Below are positions 23,170 through 35,761 of a stretch of 64,000 nucleotides of DNA, one piece after another. How positions within the stretch are numbered: the first letter of the stretch is position 1; each line of letters opens with the position of its first letter. The DNA comes from Rebecca billardiae RCC1528. Lineage: Eukaryota; Protista; Haptophyta. The notes beneath the pieces are model-generated. The model saw only the letters and a program-made list of their open reading frames with translations, was not told where the DNA came from and ran no database searches. The translations under genes were made by a program, and so were the position numbers. The DNA is taken from contig OZ251232.1 of the NCBI GenBank assembly GCA_965240325.2, positions 2,349,346 through 2,413,345 on the forward strand. Direction: 5' to 3'.

Positions 23170-23731
23170 GGCCGCGGGCCGGGCGCGCGGCCGCGCCGCG
23201 CGGCGGCGGCGACGGCGGCGGCCCGTCGTCGAGGTCGGCGTCGTCGTCGTCGTCGTCGTCGGAGGGCGCGCCGCCGTCGCGCACCCGCCCGTCCGACGCC
23301 GCCTGCTCGTCCTCCCGCCGCCGCAGCGCCGCCTCGCCCCGCGCGTCCGGCGCGAGGCCGGCGGCGCGCGCGCGCGCGGCTAAGTCCGCGGCCGCGCGCG
23401 CGCTCACCGTCCGAACGCCGAGCGAGGCGGTGGAGCGGAGGAGGGCGAGGTGCTCGGGCGGGAGCTGCGCGGCGCGGAGCGCCTCGAGCGTCGCGCCGCG
23501 CTGCGCCTCCTTCTCCTTCCGCGCGCGCAGCTGCTCGAGCTTGCGCCGCTGCGCCTTGCTGAGCGCGGGCGGCGCGGCCGCCGCCTGCTCGGCGGCGCGC
23601 GCGCGCTGGCCCTCGGCCCTGCGCAGGCGGAGGGCCTCGCTCGTGAGCAGCTGCGCGTTCGGGTCGGTCACGTCGGGCGCGAGCCCCGCGCCCTCCGCCG
23701 CGCAGCACCGCCGCGCGCGCTTCTTGCCCAT
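19748..23731 (-). CDS. DHX37: DEAH-box RNA helicase DHX37/Dhr1 (ribosome biogenesis)
   Basis: [108 protein letters not shown]. The N-terminal LSKAQRRKLEQL..RKEK is typical of Dhr1. Confidence 0.9.
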
Positions 23732-23963
23732 GCCGCGTCGGTCGCGCCCGCCCGTGCCGCCGCTGGCTGCGCTCCCCGTCCGCGAGCCGGGCGCCCACGC
23801 GGCGGGACAGTCCGGTGCCGCGCCGGCTTCCGGGCGAGCCCACCCGTGAAAGTCCGGGCGCGGAACAGTCCGGGCCGGCCGGCATCAGCCCCGGATGCAG
23901 CCAGCAGCCGGGAGCGCGGAGGCGACACGACGCGCCAGCGCTGCGCGGACGGCTTGTGGCGCG

Positions 23964-26641
23964 ATGGGCGCGAGCGGCAAGCTCGCCGCAGTGACGGCGG
24001 CGGCGGCGGTGGCCGCGGCCGCGGCGCTCCTCCTCGCCCGGCGCCGCCGCGTCGCCGCCGACGCCGCCTCGAGCGCCTCGAGCGCGCCGCCGCCCCCGGC
24101 CGCGGCGGCGGCGGCGGCGGCGGCGCCCAAGGCTGGGGGCGCCGAGCCGCGCTCAAACGCGCCGCGGGCGCAGGCGGCCGCGCCGACGGCGCCGGTCGAG
24201 TCGGCGTCGTCGGCGCCGAACGGGGGCGCGCTCGTCGATGCGAACGGCAGCGCCTCGCCCACCGCCGCCGCCAAGCCCGCCAAGAAGGGCGCGGCCAAGG
24301 CGCGCGCAGCGAGGGCGGAGGCGGAGGCGGCGGCGGCGGCGGAGGCGGCGGCGGCGGCGGCGCCGGCGGACGACCAGCCGCCGCCGCTGCCGCCGGCGGT
24401 GGACGAGTTTGTGCAGCACCTGATGCAGCGCTCCGTCCTCACCCAGCCCCTCGAGCTCGCCGAGCTCGCACACCCGCCGGCCAAGGGCGCCGCCGCCGCC
24501 GCCGCCGCCGCCTCCGCCTCCGCGTCCGCCGCCGCCGCCGGCACCGCCGTGGGTTCGACGTCGAAGCCGAAGCGCGAGAAGGGGCGTGTGATGTCGACGT
24601 GGGCGGAGGCGTTCGTGCGCGCGATGCAGCTGCTCGAGCAGAACGCGCCCAAGGCGCACGCCGCGGCCAAGGCGCTGCTCGATCAGGTGCGGTGCGCGGT
24701 GTGTGTGTGTGTGTGTGTGCGTGTGCGTGTGTGTGCGTGTGTGCGTGTGTGTGCGTGTGTGTGTGTGTGTGCGTGTCTGTCTCTCTCTCGCTGTGTTTGT
24801 GTGGTGTGTCTCTCTCTGTGTGTTTCGGGCAGGGTGAGGGTGTATAGGGGTAGGGTCCGGGTGTAGGGTGGTGAGGGCTGCGCGGCCGTCGCGCGCCCGC
24901 CCACCCGCGCTGAGCCGCCGCCGCGCCGCCGCCGCCGCCGCCGCGCCGCGCAGGCGCTCGCGTCGGCGGACAAGCCGGGCTCCGCGCGCGAGGCGAGCGC
25001 GCTCACGTTCCGCGGCCTCGGGTACCTCCACGCCGCCGTCGCCGAGTACCAGCAGGCGTCCATTGCGTACATCCGCGCGCTCGGCCACGCGGAGCGCCTG
25101 ACAAAGGGCGCGGCGGACGCGCCGGCGCGGGCGCGTCTGCTGCAGCTCGGCTGCCACCGCGACCTGGCGGTGCTGCTGCGCGAGCTCGGGCGGCACAACG
25201 ACGCGCACAAGCAGTGGTGCGCCGCGCTCAAAATCCTCGAGGCGCTCGGCGAGGCGGCGTCGCCGCTGCTCGCCGGGCCGGCGCGCGGCACGCCGCCGCC
25301 CGGCGCGCCGCCGCCGCCGTCGCCGCCGCCGCCGAGCCCGCTCACTGCGGCGGCGTGGCAGTTGGGCGAGCTGCGCCTTTCATGTGCCGACTGCCTGGCA
25401 CTGCAGCCGCCCAAGGCGGCGCTCGCGCCCGCCCTCGTGAAGGAGGTGCTCGAGGGCCGCGAGGCCGCGTTCGGCCCGCGCTCCGCCGTCGCGTGCGCGG
25501 GCTACTACGACCTGGCGCGCACGCAGCGCGCGGCGGCCGCGGCCGCCGGCAGCGCGCAGGCGCAGGCGGAGGCGCGCGCGGCCGCGGGCGCGCTGGACGC
25601 GCGGTGGCAGAGCCTGCTCGCCGCGCTGTGCGAGGGCGACGGTCGGCTGTACGCCGAGCAGCTCGGGCTGCTCGGGCAGGTGCGCGCCGCGCGCGCGCCG
25701 CCCCCGTCTGCCGCCGCCCGCGCCGTCCGCGCCGCCGCCCGCGCCGTCCGCGCCGCCCTCACGCGCGCCGCCGCCGCGCGCCGCCGCCGCCCGCCGCCGC
25801 CGCGCCGCCGCCCGCCGCCGCGCGCCGCCGCGCGCCGCCGCGCGCCGCCGCGCGCCGCCGCCCGCCGCCGCCCGCCGCGCAGGTGGCCTTCATCCACGCG
25901 GAGTACGCCGAGGCGGCGGCGATGTTCGAGCTCGCGGCGATCGCCTTCGCCAAGGACGTGCGCGAGCGCCCGCCGCCCGGCGCGAGCCTGCCGCCGCCGC
26001 CGCCGCCCGGCGCGCCGGCCGCCGCCGACGAATCGCGTCTGCGCGGCGCGTGCGCGCTGCTGGGCGCCGCGGGCCGCGCCGAGTGCGGCGAGACGCTCAC
26101 GCAGTGCGCGCAGGCGCTGGGCGCGCTCGGGCGGTGCGCGGAGGCGGAGGCCGTGCTCGACGCGGTCGAGGCGCTCGTCTCGCGCACGCTCGGCGACGCC
26201 GAGGCGCCCATGTCCGCCGCCCTCGCCGTGCGCGCTGACGTGCGCTCGCGCGCCGCGGCCGCGGCCGCGGCCGACGGCGGCGCGGCGGACGCCGCCGCCG
26301 CCGCCGCCGCCGCCGAGCTGCTCGAGCGCGCGGCGGCGATCAGCGGCGCGCTGCTGGAGTACGCGCAGGAGAACCGGCCGCCGCCCGCGCAGCCGCCGCC
26401 GCCCGCCGCCGGCACCGCCGCCGCGCGCGGCGGCGGCGGCGGCGGCGGCGCGGACGGCGCGGCGGCGGCGGCGGCGGCGGCGGCGCACGCGGAGGCGGAG
26501 GGCGCGGCGCACGCGCACGCGCGCGTGCTGATGCGCACGGTGGCGCACCTCGAGCGCACGCGCGCGCCGGCGGAGGCGGTGCGCGCGGTGCGCGAGGAGC
26601 TGCACGCGCTCGAGCAGGAGTACGGCTTCCCCGCGCACTGA
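23964..26641 (+). CDS. TPR-like alpha-helical protein with N-terminal signal-anchor, 3 exons
   Basis: join(23964..24686,24954..25679,25883..26641). Both introns are GTGCG..CGCAG, phase 0, giving one continuous frame. TPR-like segments RGLGYLHAAVAEYQQASIAYIRAL and LGQVAFIHAEYAEAAAMFELA. Confidence 0.75.
24699..24775. repeat. (GT)n/(GTGC)n microsatellite in intron
   Basis: Direct inspection. Confidence 0.9.
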
Positions 26642-26928
26642 GCCGCCGCCGCCGCCGCCGCCGCGCGCCCACTACCCGCGCGCTCGGGGCAGCAGCGCAG
26701 CGCGCGCCCAAGCTTTGGCCCTTGGGCCGCAGCGGCCGCGTGAGGATAAAGAAATCAAATAATGCTGCTGACGATGATGATCGAAAAAAGGCGAGCGAGC
26801 GGCGGTGAGAACGAATAATGAAGAATCAAATTCGTCGCCCGCGCCAACCGTCGTCGTCGGGCGGTCGCGCACGGCTTTGCCTCGCGGCTTTGACCAACGG
26901 ACGACGACAGCGACGCCCCGAGAGCAGC

Positions 26929-28771
26929 ATGGCCGGCGCGGACGACGACGCGGCCGTGCGCGACGCGCTGCGCAGCTTCGAGCACCTGCACGCCGCCGAC
27001 CAGGTCGCCATGCTCGAGCAGCTCGCCGCCGGCACGCGCGCGCCCGACGGCGCCGCGCACGCGCGCGAGCTCTCGCGCGCGCTGTGCGCGCTCCCGCGCG
27101 CGCTGTGCGCGGAGCCGGCGGCGCTGCGCGCGCGCGGGCTGCGCGTGGCGGCGGGCGTCGCGTCGCGCCTCCTCGCCCACGCCGACGCCGCCGACGCCGC
27201 CGCGCCGCCCGTCGACGCGTGCGACGCGCTGTGGCGCGCGTGCGCGGCCGACGGCGGCGCGCCGCCCGCCGCGCCCGAGCTCGCGGCGCTGGCCGAGCGC
27301 GCGGGCGGCGTGCTCGGCGCGTCGGCGGCGCACGCGCACGTGGGCGTCGCCGCCGTCGCGCTCGCGCTCGAGGCCGCCGCCGCCGCCGCCGACGCGCCCA
27401 GCGCGCGCGCGCTCGCCGGCGGCGCGCTCGCCGGCCTCCGCAGCCTGTGGCCGGCGGTGGCGGCGGCGCTCGACGCGGCGGCGGCGTGCGGCGGCGGCGG
27501 CGAGGAGGGCGCGGTGCCGCTCGGCCGGCTGCGCGCCGCGCTGCTCCGCGCGGGCTGCGCGCACGCCGTGGGCAGCCTGCGCGAGCACGAGGGCGCGCTG
27601 TGGCGCGTGAGCGCGAGGCTCGCCCCGCCGCCGCCGCCGCCGCCGCACGCCGCGGCCGCGCCGTCGGCCGCGGCGGCGCCGCCGGGCGCGGCCGCCGCCG
27701 GCTCGCGGCAGGCGGAGGCGCTGGGCGCGCTGGTCCGCGCGCTCGGCGCGCGCGCGGCGGAGGCGACCTCGCTCGCCGCGCGCGCCTCGGCCGACGCCGA
27801 GCGCGCCGCCGTCGCCGCGTTCTATGTGGACGCGCTGCGCGGCGCCGCGGCCGCGAGCGCACGTCTGTGGGGCGTCGGCGCGGCGGCGGCGGCGGGCGCG
27901 CCGCCCGCCGGCGGGTGCGCGCGCGCGCTCGCGGAGGCGGTGGCCGAGGCGACGTGCGCGGTGCTCGGCGCGGTGCACGCGGCGACGGACGACGAGGCCG
28001 CCGCGCCGCCCGCCGCGCTGCGCGCGCTGCGCGCGGGCGCGGAGGGCGCGGCGGCGAGCGCGCTCGCGGGCGCTCCGCCGCCGCCGCCGCCGCCGCCGCA
28101 GCCGCCGGCGGCGGCGGGCGCGGGCGCGGCGTGGTACGGCGGCGTGCTGTGTGACGTGGCGGCGCGCTGGCTGGCGGGCGCGCCGCCGGCGGACGAGCCC
28201 GCCGCGCGCGCGCGCGCGATCGGCGCCGCGCTCGCGTGCGCCGCGCTGTGCGCGCACGCGGCCGCGGACGGCGGCGGCGGCGGCGGCGGCGGGTGCGCCG
28301 CGCTGCGCGAGCTCGCGGCCGCGCGCGCGGCGCCGCTCGCGTTGCGCGCGGCGGCGGCGGCGGGCGGCGCGGCGCGCGTGCGCGCGCGCGCGGCGCTGCG
28401 CGGCGCGCTCGTCGCGCACATGCGCGCGCATGGCGCCGGCCTCGCGCGCGGCGCGGACGCGGCGGGCGCGCGGCGCGCGCTCGCCCAGCTCGCGGCCGCG
28501 CCCGCGCTGCTGCTGCTGCCGCCGCCGGCCGCGCCGGCCGGCGGCGGCGCGCGGCTCGCGCTCGCAGCGTGGGCGGCGGCGGTGTGCGCGCTCTGCGCCG
28601 CGCACCCCGCGCACGCGTCCGAGGCGTGCGTCGCGCTCGTCGAGCTGGCGCGACGGCAGCACCGCGCGGAGGCGGACGCGACCGACGGCGCGCCGCCGCT
28701 CGGCGGCGGCGGCGGCGGCGTGGACGCGGGCGCGGACGGCGTCGACGACGCGGATGCGGACGCGGGCGGCG

Positions 28772-28807
<36 letters not shown>

Positions 28808-29429
28808 CGCGCACCGCGCCCGCGGAGAGCCGGCTCGCTCAGACACTCGGCGCTGCGGTGGGCGCGCTGTTGCTGTGCGCGCGCGCGGAGGCGGAGGCCG
28901 CGCCGCCCGGCTCGGCGCACGCCGCCGCCGGCGGCGCGCTCGAGCGCGCGCTGTGCCGCGCCGCGTTCGGCGCGCCGCTCGCCGCCGCCGCCGCCGCCGC
29001 CGGCGCGCCGGGCGCGCGGCCGTGCGCGGCGGACGTGCTACTGTGCGCGCGCGTCGCGGCGCACGCGCGGCGCGGCGCGGCGGGCGGCGCGGCGCGCGAG
29101 GGCGCGGCCGCGGCCGCGGCCGCCGCGCTGCTGCCCGCCGGCGGCGGCGGCGCGCCCGCCGCGCACGAGGCGCCACCCGCCGAGCGCGCCGCCGCGTGGG
29201 CGCTCGTCGCGCGCGCGCCCGCGCCCGAGCCCGCGCTGGGCGGCGCGCTGGGCGGCGCGCTTTGCGCGGCGCTCGCGCGCGCGCTGCGCGCGCCGGGCTC
29301 GGCGCGCGCGGGCGCGCGCGCCGAGCTGCGCGCGCTCGGCGAGGCGGCGTCCGCGCTCGGCGGCTGCGGCGCGCTGCCGCTGGAGCCCGCGCTGCGCGCG
29401 GCCGCGGCCGCGGCCGCCGCGCTGCGCGC

Positions 29430-29460
<31 letters not shown>

Positions 29461-29901
29461 CGCGCGCGCGCGGCGCTGTGCGCGTGCGCGGCCGGCGTGT
29501 GCGAGGCGGCGGCGCACGCGGCGGCGGCGTCGACGGGCGGCGCGCAGCACGCCGCCGCGTGCGCGCCGCTCGCCGAGCTCCTCGCCGCGCTGCTCGCCCC
29601 GCCGCCCGCGCCGCCGCAGCAGCCGCCGCGCGTCGGCGCGGCCGCGGACGCGCGCGCGCTGCGATCGCTGCTGCTGCTCGCGCAGACGGCCGAGCCCGCG
29701 CTCTTCGGCGCGCTGACGCGCGCGCTGCCGCCGGGCGTGCGCGCGCGGCTGCAGGCCGCGGTGGCGTCGTCGGCCGCGCCGCGCGGCGGCGAGCCGGCGG
29801 GCGCGCGCGCGCCGCTGCGCGCCAACGGCGCGCCCTCACTCCCGGCGGCCGGCGGCGGCGCGGCCGCGACGCTCAAGCGGCCGCGCGCGCACGCGCCGTG
29901 A
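26929..29901 (+). CDS. Ala-rich alpha-solenoid-like hypothetical protein (possible HEAT/ARM repeats)
   Basis: ATG 26929 and a ~990-aa frame with host codon usage and amphipathic helices. The C-terminus ALRSLLLLAQ..PALF..LP..VRARLQAAV weakly recalls HEATR5/Laa1. Confidence 0.65.
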
Positions 29902-30155
29902 CGGCCGCGCGCGCCGCGCCCGACCGGGCGTACGTGCCTGCCGCCGGCGCCGTGCGCGCGGCGCCATCCTCCTCAGGCTCTCGGACCTGACCGTCCGTGG
30001 TGCCGTCCAAGCTCCCGGCACGGGCGGGCGGCCATCGTGCCCGTCCGCCAACTACAAAATCAGCGGGTAGAGTGTCGTTTCACAAGTACAATAGCTACGG
30101 GCCTACTGCTCGCCCCAGAAACGCCCGCCGCGCCCACCAGCGGAGGGAGGGGACG

Positions 30156-31937
30156 ATGTCCGCCGGCTCGCCGGGCGCGCTGCCGGCGCTGCCGCCGGGC
30201 GCGCGGATCGGGCTGCACGCGCCGCGCTGGGCGCAGCGCGAGGAGCTCGACCTCGGGCAGACGACGAGCACGGCGTCCTCGCGCGCCGCGCTCTTCGGCG
30301 CCGCCGCGCCGCCGCGCTCGCTGCCGCCCGTGCTGCGCCGCCACCACCGCGCGCGCGCCGCCGACGGCCGCGCGCCGCCGCCCAAGGCGTCGTCGGGGCC
30401 GTCGGCGTGGGAGGAGGCGGCGCCCGTGTTCGTGCGCATGCAGGAGCGCGGCGCCGCCTTCCCGCCGCCCTCCTCCGCCGACGCCGCGCACGCGGCGGCG
30501 GCGCGCGGCGGCGGCGCGGCGGCGTCGGCGGCGGGCGGCGGCGCGCGCCGCGCCGCGCCGGACGGCCCGCCGAGCGCCGAGCTGCTGCGGCTGATCGCGA
30601 TGCGCGCGGTGGACGAGGCGACGCGCGACCTCGGCCTCGGCGCGTCCGCCCCGCCGGCTGGCGGCGCCGCCGAGGCCATCGCCGAGGCGCGCGCACTGCT
30701 CGAGCCGCCGCCGCCGCCGCAGCCGCCGCCGCCGCAGCCGCAGCCCAGGCGCGCGCGGCCCGCGCCCGCCGCGGCGGCGGGTGGCGGCGGCGGCGGCGGC
30801 GCGCGCGCGCGCGGCGTGGCGGCGCCGCCGAAGCGCGCGCGCGCGCGCCTCCCGCTCTCCGAGCTCGGCGTGCACACCCCCGCCGACGCCGCGCGGCTGC
30901 TCCTCGAAGCGGCGCCTCAGCTCTTCCGCGCGCTGCCGGCGGCGGCGCTCGCCGACTGGCTGCGCGCCGCGCTGTGCGGCGGCGGGCTGGAGGCGTGGGG
31001 GTACGCGCGGTACGCGCGGGTGTACGAGGCGGGCGCGCGCGCGGGCGCGCTGTACGTGTGCGTGCGCGGCCGCGTCGCCGTCGCGTGGGCGGGCGCGACG
31101 GCCGACGGCGGCGCGGGCGGCGCGCGCGCCGACGGCGGCGGCGGCGCCGCCGACGGCGCCGCCGCCGCCGCCGCCGCGGACGCCGACGGCGCGGAGGCGG
31201 CGGAGGAGGTGGCGGCGGGCGGCGCGCGGTGCGTGTTCGGGCACGAGGCGGCGATGGGGACGACCCGGCTCGCCTCCGCCACCGCCCTCGAGCCCGCCGC
31301 CGTCCTCGCCCTCGACGCCGCCTCGCTGCCGCCGCCGCTCGCAGCCGCGTGCGCACTCGAGCTGCGCGCGCGGCTGCTCGCGCGCGTGCCGCTGTTCGCC
31401 GACCTGCCGGCGCGCGTGCGCGCGCTGGTGGGCGGGCGGATGGAGCTGCACGGCGCGCGCGCGGGCGAGCTGCTCGTGCTGCAGGGCGCGCACGCCGACT
31501 GCCTCTACGTCCTCGTACAGGGCTGGTGCCACGTTCTCGTCGCGCTCGACGCCGCGCCCGCGCCGCCCAAAGTGGTCGCGGCCGTGCGCGCGCGCTCGGC
31601 GACGCCCTTCTTCGGCGAGGGCGCGCTCGGCGCGGGCGGCACGCGCGCGGGGTCGGTGGTCGCCGCGACGGAGTGCACGCTCCTCCGCCTGCCCAAGCGC
31701 CACTTCGCCGAGGTCCTCCGCCTCGTCCCCGACCTGCGCGAGCGCTTCGCCAACGCCAAGGCCGCGACGGCGCGCGTGAACGAGCTGCTGCAGGTGCGCG
31801 AGGCCGAGGCGGCGGCGCTGCGGCACGTGGCGGCGATGCGCGCGCGCGAGGCGGTGGGCGCGCGGGGCGAGGCGGGCGACGCCGCCGCCAAGCACGCGCC
31901 GCGCCCCAGGCCGCGCGCCTCGCAGTTCGTCGGCTGA
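30156..31937 (+). CDS. Cyclic nucleotide-binding domain protein (two CNB domains, first degenerate)
   Basis: ATG 30156. First domain VYEAG..AGALYVCVRG...VFGHEA...RLASATA. Second domain LLARVPLFADL, GELLVLQG..ADCLYVLVQG, FFGEGAL...RAGSVVAATEC. Confidence 0.85.
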   Translation: MSAGSPGALPALPPGARIGLHAPRWAQREELDLGQTTSTASSRAALFGAAAPPRSLPPVLRRHHRARAADGRAPPPKASSGPSAWEEAAPVFVRMQERGAAFPPPSSADAAHAAAARGGGAAASAAGGGARRAAPDGPPSAELLRLIAMRAVDEATRDLGLGASAPPAGGAAEAIAEARALLEPPPPPQPPPPQPQPRRARPAPAAAAGGGGGGGARARGVAAPPKRARARLPLSELGVHTPADAARLLLEAAPQLFRALPAAALADWLRAALCGGGLEAWGYARYARVYEAGARAGALYVCVRGRVAVAWAGATADGGAGGARADGGGGAADGAAAAAAADADGAEAAEEVAAGGARCVFGHEAAMGTTRLASATALEPAAVLALDAASLPPPLAAACALELRARLLARVPLFADLPARVRALVGGRMELHGARAGELLVLQGAHADCLYVLVQGWCHVLVALDAAPAPPKVVAAVRARSATPFFGEGALGAGGTRAGSVVAATECTLLRLPKRHFAEVLRLVPDLRERFANAKAATARVNELLQVREAEAAALRHVAAMRAREAVGARGEAGDAAAKHAPRPRPRASQFVG

Positions 31938-33871
31938 GCAGTGCAGCTGGCGAGCCACGACCCGCCGTGGCCGCAGACCGTGGCTTGACTTGACCGAGTC
32001 ATGACGACTCATCAGTCCGGATCGGACGGTCACTGTGTGAGGCCGCGCGGAGCCGCGGAGCGGCCTGCGTGCGCCCTGCACAACCTGCATCTGCTGGATT
32101 CTAGCGCAGTTCTGACGGCGCCGCACTTATCATCGTCACTACGCGCGTTGAATAACCGTAGTCGAGTTTGGCACGCGCCCGCGGGTCATGCCGCTGAGCC
32201 TGAGACTGAGTTCCCGCTGGGTCCGCTGATGAATAATCCGGGCTGCGGCTATCTAATCATCAGACTCGATCGCGCCCGACGACTTATTTGCTTGGCGGCA
32301 GCCGCATCACGTATATACTCCCGGAGACTCGGCGGGTCATTGATCGGCGGCCCCGGATGCCAATTGAATCCCGTGCCTGATGGGAGCAGGCGGCGAGAGT
32401 CGTCGCGTCGTCGTCAAATCGTCGTCATCGTCCGATCAGCATTGCTTCAGATAGATGGCAGCATGACTGGCCTACTGGGCAGTCTGAACCGCGCCAAACT
32501 GTACGAATAACGTCAGTCAAGGGCCCCGGCCTGACCGGTCCGCGCCGCTGGGTCGAACCCGCCGTCATACTCATAGTCATATCAACTACCGGCACCGTCA
32601 ACCGCCGGCGCGTGATGATACTTGATAGCGCAGTGCAATGCGCGGCGCATTCGGACGCGTCGCGCCGGGAGCCTCCCGGGCCGGGGCCGCGCCCGCGGAG
32701 GGCCGAGGGCGCGGGGAGGGCGTATAGCACGGTCATAGAATCGACACAGCAGCAGATCGATATCGCGCCTGCTGATCCGGTAAGTACGTACTCCACGGCC
32801 CTCCGAACAGGGCGACTCGGGCCACTCGGGTAGCGGTAAGTGCGCGGGCCGTCGAGTTGTCATGCGGAGGTGGCGTGTCTGCTTGCCGGTGGCGTTCAAC
32901 CGCTGGCATCCGAGCTCCGCTCTGTGCCCCGCAGCTGGCGCCTCTCGTCGACCCCATGCCGCGCCTACGACCAGCCCGGCGCCTCAGCCTCGACTCGGGC
33001 GCCCGGCCCGGTGTCAAACAGACCGTGAGGGCGCACCGGTGCCTCGGGTGCGCGGCTGAGGTGGGCGCGGCAACCTCGACGAGGAGCGCGCTGCGGGGCG
33101 TTCTCACGCCACGAAATCAAAGCGCCGCCTTCGCACGGCACCTCGACGCCCGCAGCGCCTCGCGCCGCGCGCGCGCCAAGCGCCTGTGTGCGCTGCCCCC
33201 TGCACGGTGAGGTCAGTTGCCAGGTCACTGAGGTGGACGGCGTTCCGGCAGGCCGGGGCCCGCGGGGGTCCGGGCATACCGAAGTACGAGTACGGAGTAC
33301 CGTGGTACCGGAATTTCATTTCGCGCGTCGGTTGGTGCCGGCAACGGAATCTAACGACGAATCTTGCGGTCCTTGCCCTGCACCGGCCTCGCCGGGCCCA
33401 GCAGCGTTCATTATCGCCGGGGTCCCAGTCCGCTGCCAACCGACGCCGTCCCGCCGTCCGAACTCCGAAGGCTCACTCAGTCAATTAGGCCGCCTGGCGG
33501 TTCGCCGGCTAGTTAGTAGGTGGATCAGTAAGATGTTACGGCATCGCGTGGTCAGTCGGTGTGGAATGTCGATGGTAGGCGCCGCGCGCCGTCCGAGCAG
33601 TCAGTCGGACTTGCTGAGCGCTGCCAATCCGGGCCGCGCGCGCGCGGCGCGCGCGCGCGCGGCCCTGGCGTCGCTCGCGGCGGCGGCGGCGCGAGTCAGT
33701 GGTCGAGTGGTCGGCAGTCGAAGGGGTTGTCGCGGGTGCGGTGTGATGAGAGGTGGTTGGTGCGTGGGCGCGGATGCCCACGGCTGATTGGTCGGTCGGT
33801 TGGTCGGGTGGTTGGTGGTCGGTCGCCGTCGGCACGTCCAGAGCCATTCGAGCAGTGCGCGGCGTGCGGCC

Positions 33872-33962
33872 GTGTGTGTGTGTGTGCGCGCGTGTGCGTG
33901 TGCGTGCGTGCGTGCGTGCGTGCACTCATACGGGCGTGTGCGTGTGGAGCGTGCGTGTGTGT
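33872..33962. repeat. (GT)n/(GTGC)n microsatellite
   Basis: Direct inspection; lies downstream of the AP2 gene. Confidence 0.8.
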
Positions 33963-34144
33963 ACAGCCGGCGCGGCGGCGGCCAACCGGAGCATGCATGG
34001 GCCGGTCGGCGGCGGCGGCGGCGGCGGCGTCGGGTGGTGTGATGAGACGGGTGATGGATGCTGCTGCGTGGGCACACGGCACGGTGCTGGCGGTGGCGGA
34101 GACGGCGGCGACGGCGACGGCGGCGGCGGCAGTCGGCTGGCGGC

Positions 34145-34249
34145 TCATGCGAGCGCGGCGGAGGGCTGCGGCGGCTGCTGCGCGGGCGCGCGGCGCGCGC
34201 CGCCGCCGCCGCCCGGCGCGGCGCGCTGCGGCTTCGCGCCCGGCGCGCA

Positions 34250-34280
<31 letters not shown>

Positions 34281-34981
34281 TGCTGCCGCTGCCGCCGCGC
34301 AATCAGCGAGCGCGGACCGAAGTTTGTCTCGCGGTCGTGCAGCCGCGCGACGTCGTCGTACGCGCGCGCGGCGTCCTCCTGCGAGGCGTAGTAGCCGAGG
34401 AAGTGCGTCTTGCTGTCGACCGTGATGCACGCCTTCCACGGCCGCGAGCGCCGCGCGCGCTTGAGCGAGACGCCGCGGTAGATCGACGCGGTGGTGCGCA
34501 GCGGCGCGCACGCGGACGGCGAGGGCGGCGCGCCGCCGTCCTCGTGCCCGCTGCTGCCGCCGTCGTCGTCGTCGGAGGAGCGGCGCGGCGGGCCGAGCGG
34601 CGGGTAGTGGTACCCGTCGACGAAGCGCAGCGCCGGCGACGTGTCGCCCGCGCCCAGCCCGTCGGCCGGCGGCGACGCGTCGCCGGGCGGCGCGTGCGCG
34701 GCGCTCGACGACGCGGGCGGCGGCGGCGCCGCCGCCGCCGAGAGCGCGGCGATCGCGGCGGCGGCGGCGTCGGCGGTGGCGCCGGCGGAGCTGGCGGAGG
34801 CGCCGTCGGGCGCCGATGCCGCGGCGGCGATCACCGCGAGCGCGTGCAGCCCGTCGAACGCCGCGAACGCGAGCGGCGGCGGCGGCGGCCCCGGCCTAAT
34901 TACCGCCGGCGGCGGCGGCGGCGCGCCGAGCGGCGCGTGCGGCTCGCACTCCGCGGCGGCGGCGGCGTGGGCGGCGGACAT
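34145..34981 (-). CDS. AP2/ERF domain transcription factor
   Basis: ATG 34981. SIYRGVS...WKACITVDSKTHFLGYYASQEDAARAYD..A...TNF is a canonical AP2 domain. Confidence 0.88.
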
Positions 34982-35761
34982 GCGGCGAGGGGGTGGTGCC
35001 ACGTGGCCGGGCGGCGGGCGGGCGGGCGCCGTGCGCGTGCCGGGCCGCGGCGGTGCGGCGTGGGCTCGCGGCGCGGGGCCGCGTGCGCTCTGGACCGCGA
35101 AGCAACCGGCGGCCACGTGAAATGAGACCGGCGGCCCCAGCTCGGCGTGCGCTTGGACCAGTGCACAAGCGCTGCACCGTGCGCGCGCGCGTTGTGGCCC
35201 CAACTCGCCAGCTCGAAAGAAGCAAGCACTGGGTGGGTACTGGCTTGCAGCTCGCAGCTCATTGGGCGAGCGCCTGTCCGGTCGGGCCCGGCAGGTTCGC
35301 GCGAAGCTTTCGCTCCGGGCTGCGCCTCGGCACCCTTTTGTGCGCAACGAAGCGCGATTCGGCCCGGCCGATGCGCGACCAATAAGCTCGCGCTGGCGCA
35401 TCTCGGCGCATTATTTGCGCGCCGGCACACCGCTCGCCGGGCGAAGGAGATGCGCTTCCCCGACGGCAACCAAACCTGCTGACGATACCGCCAATGATTC
35501 GAGAGACGCGCTGATCAGTATATGCGCGCGGCTTCAGACTTGCTTCTCTCGCCCAATTGCGGGCGCAAACCTGGGGTCGCAAAACCAGCCTCCCAATAAC
35601 CACATTCAACATCGAAAATCGTTTCGCCGCGGTGAAAACGCCCGCTCGCGTCGGGCGCAATTTTAAAAGAGCCGCGACTTTTGACGAACGGACTTCGCGG
35701 CTTTTTTTCTGGCCGCCATCGTCGTTCGTTCGAGCGGCGGTTACGGCGATCGGGATCCAGC

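Noticed and set aside
26672-29990. Very long Arg/Ala-rich overlapping ORFs on alternative frames, here and over most genes
   Set aside because: Shadow frames caused by stop-codon scarcity at very high GC. Only one frame per locus shows family motifs or host codon pattern.
32540-32570. B-box-like GGTTCGACCC on the minus strand (possible tRNA or SINE)
   Set aside because: No T-stem pairing, cloverleaf or A-box found.
35665-35708. Hairpin followed by a T-run upstream of CFAP100, resembling an intrinsic terminator
   Set aside because: Eukaryotic promoter or 5' region with an imperfect stem and a long loop; there is no basis for a bacterial-type terminator.
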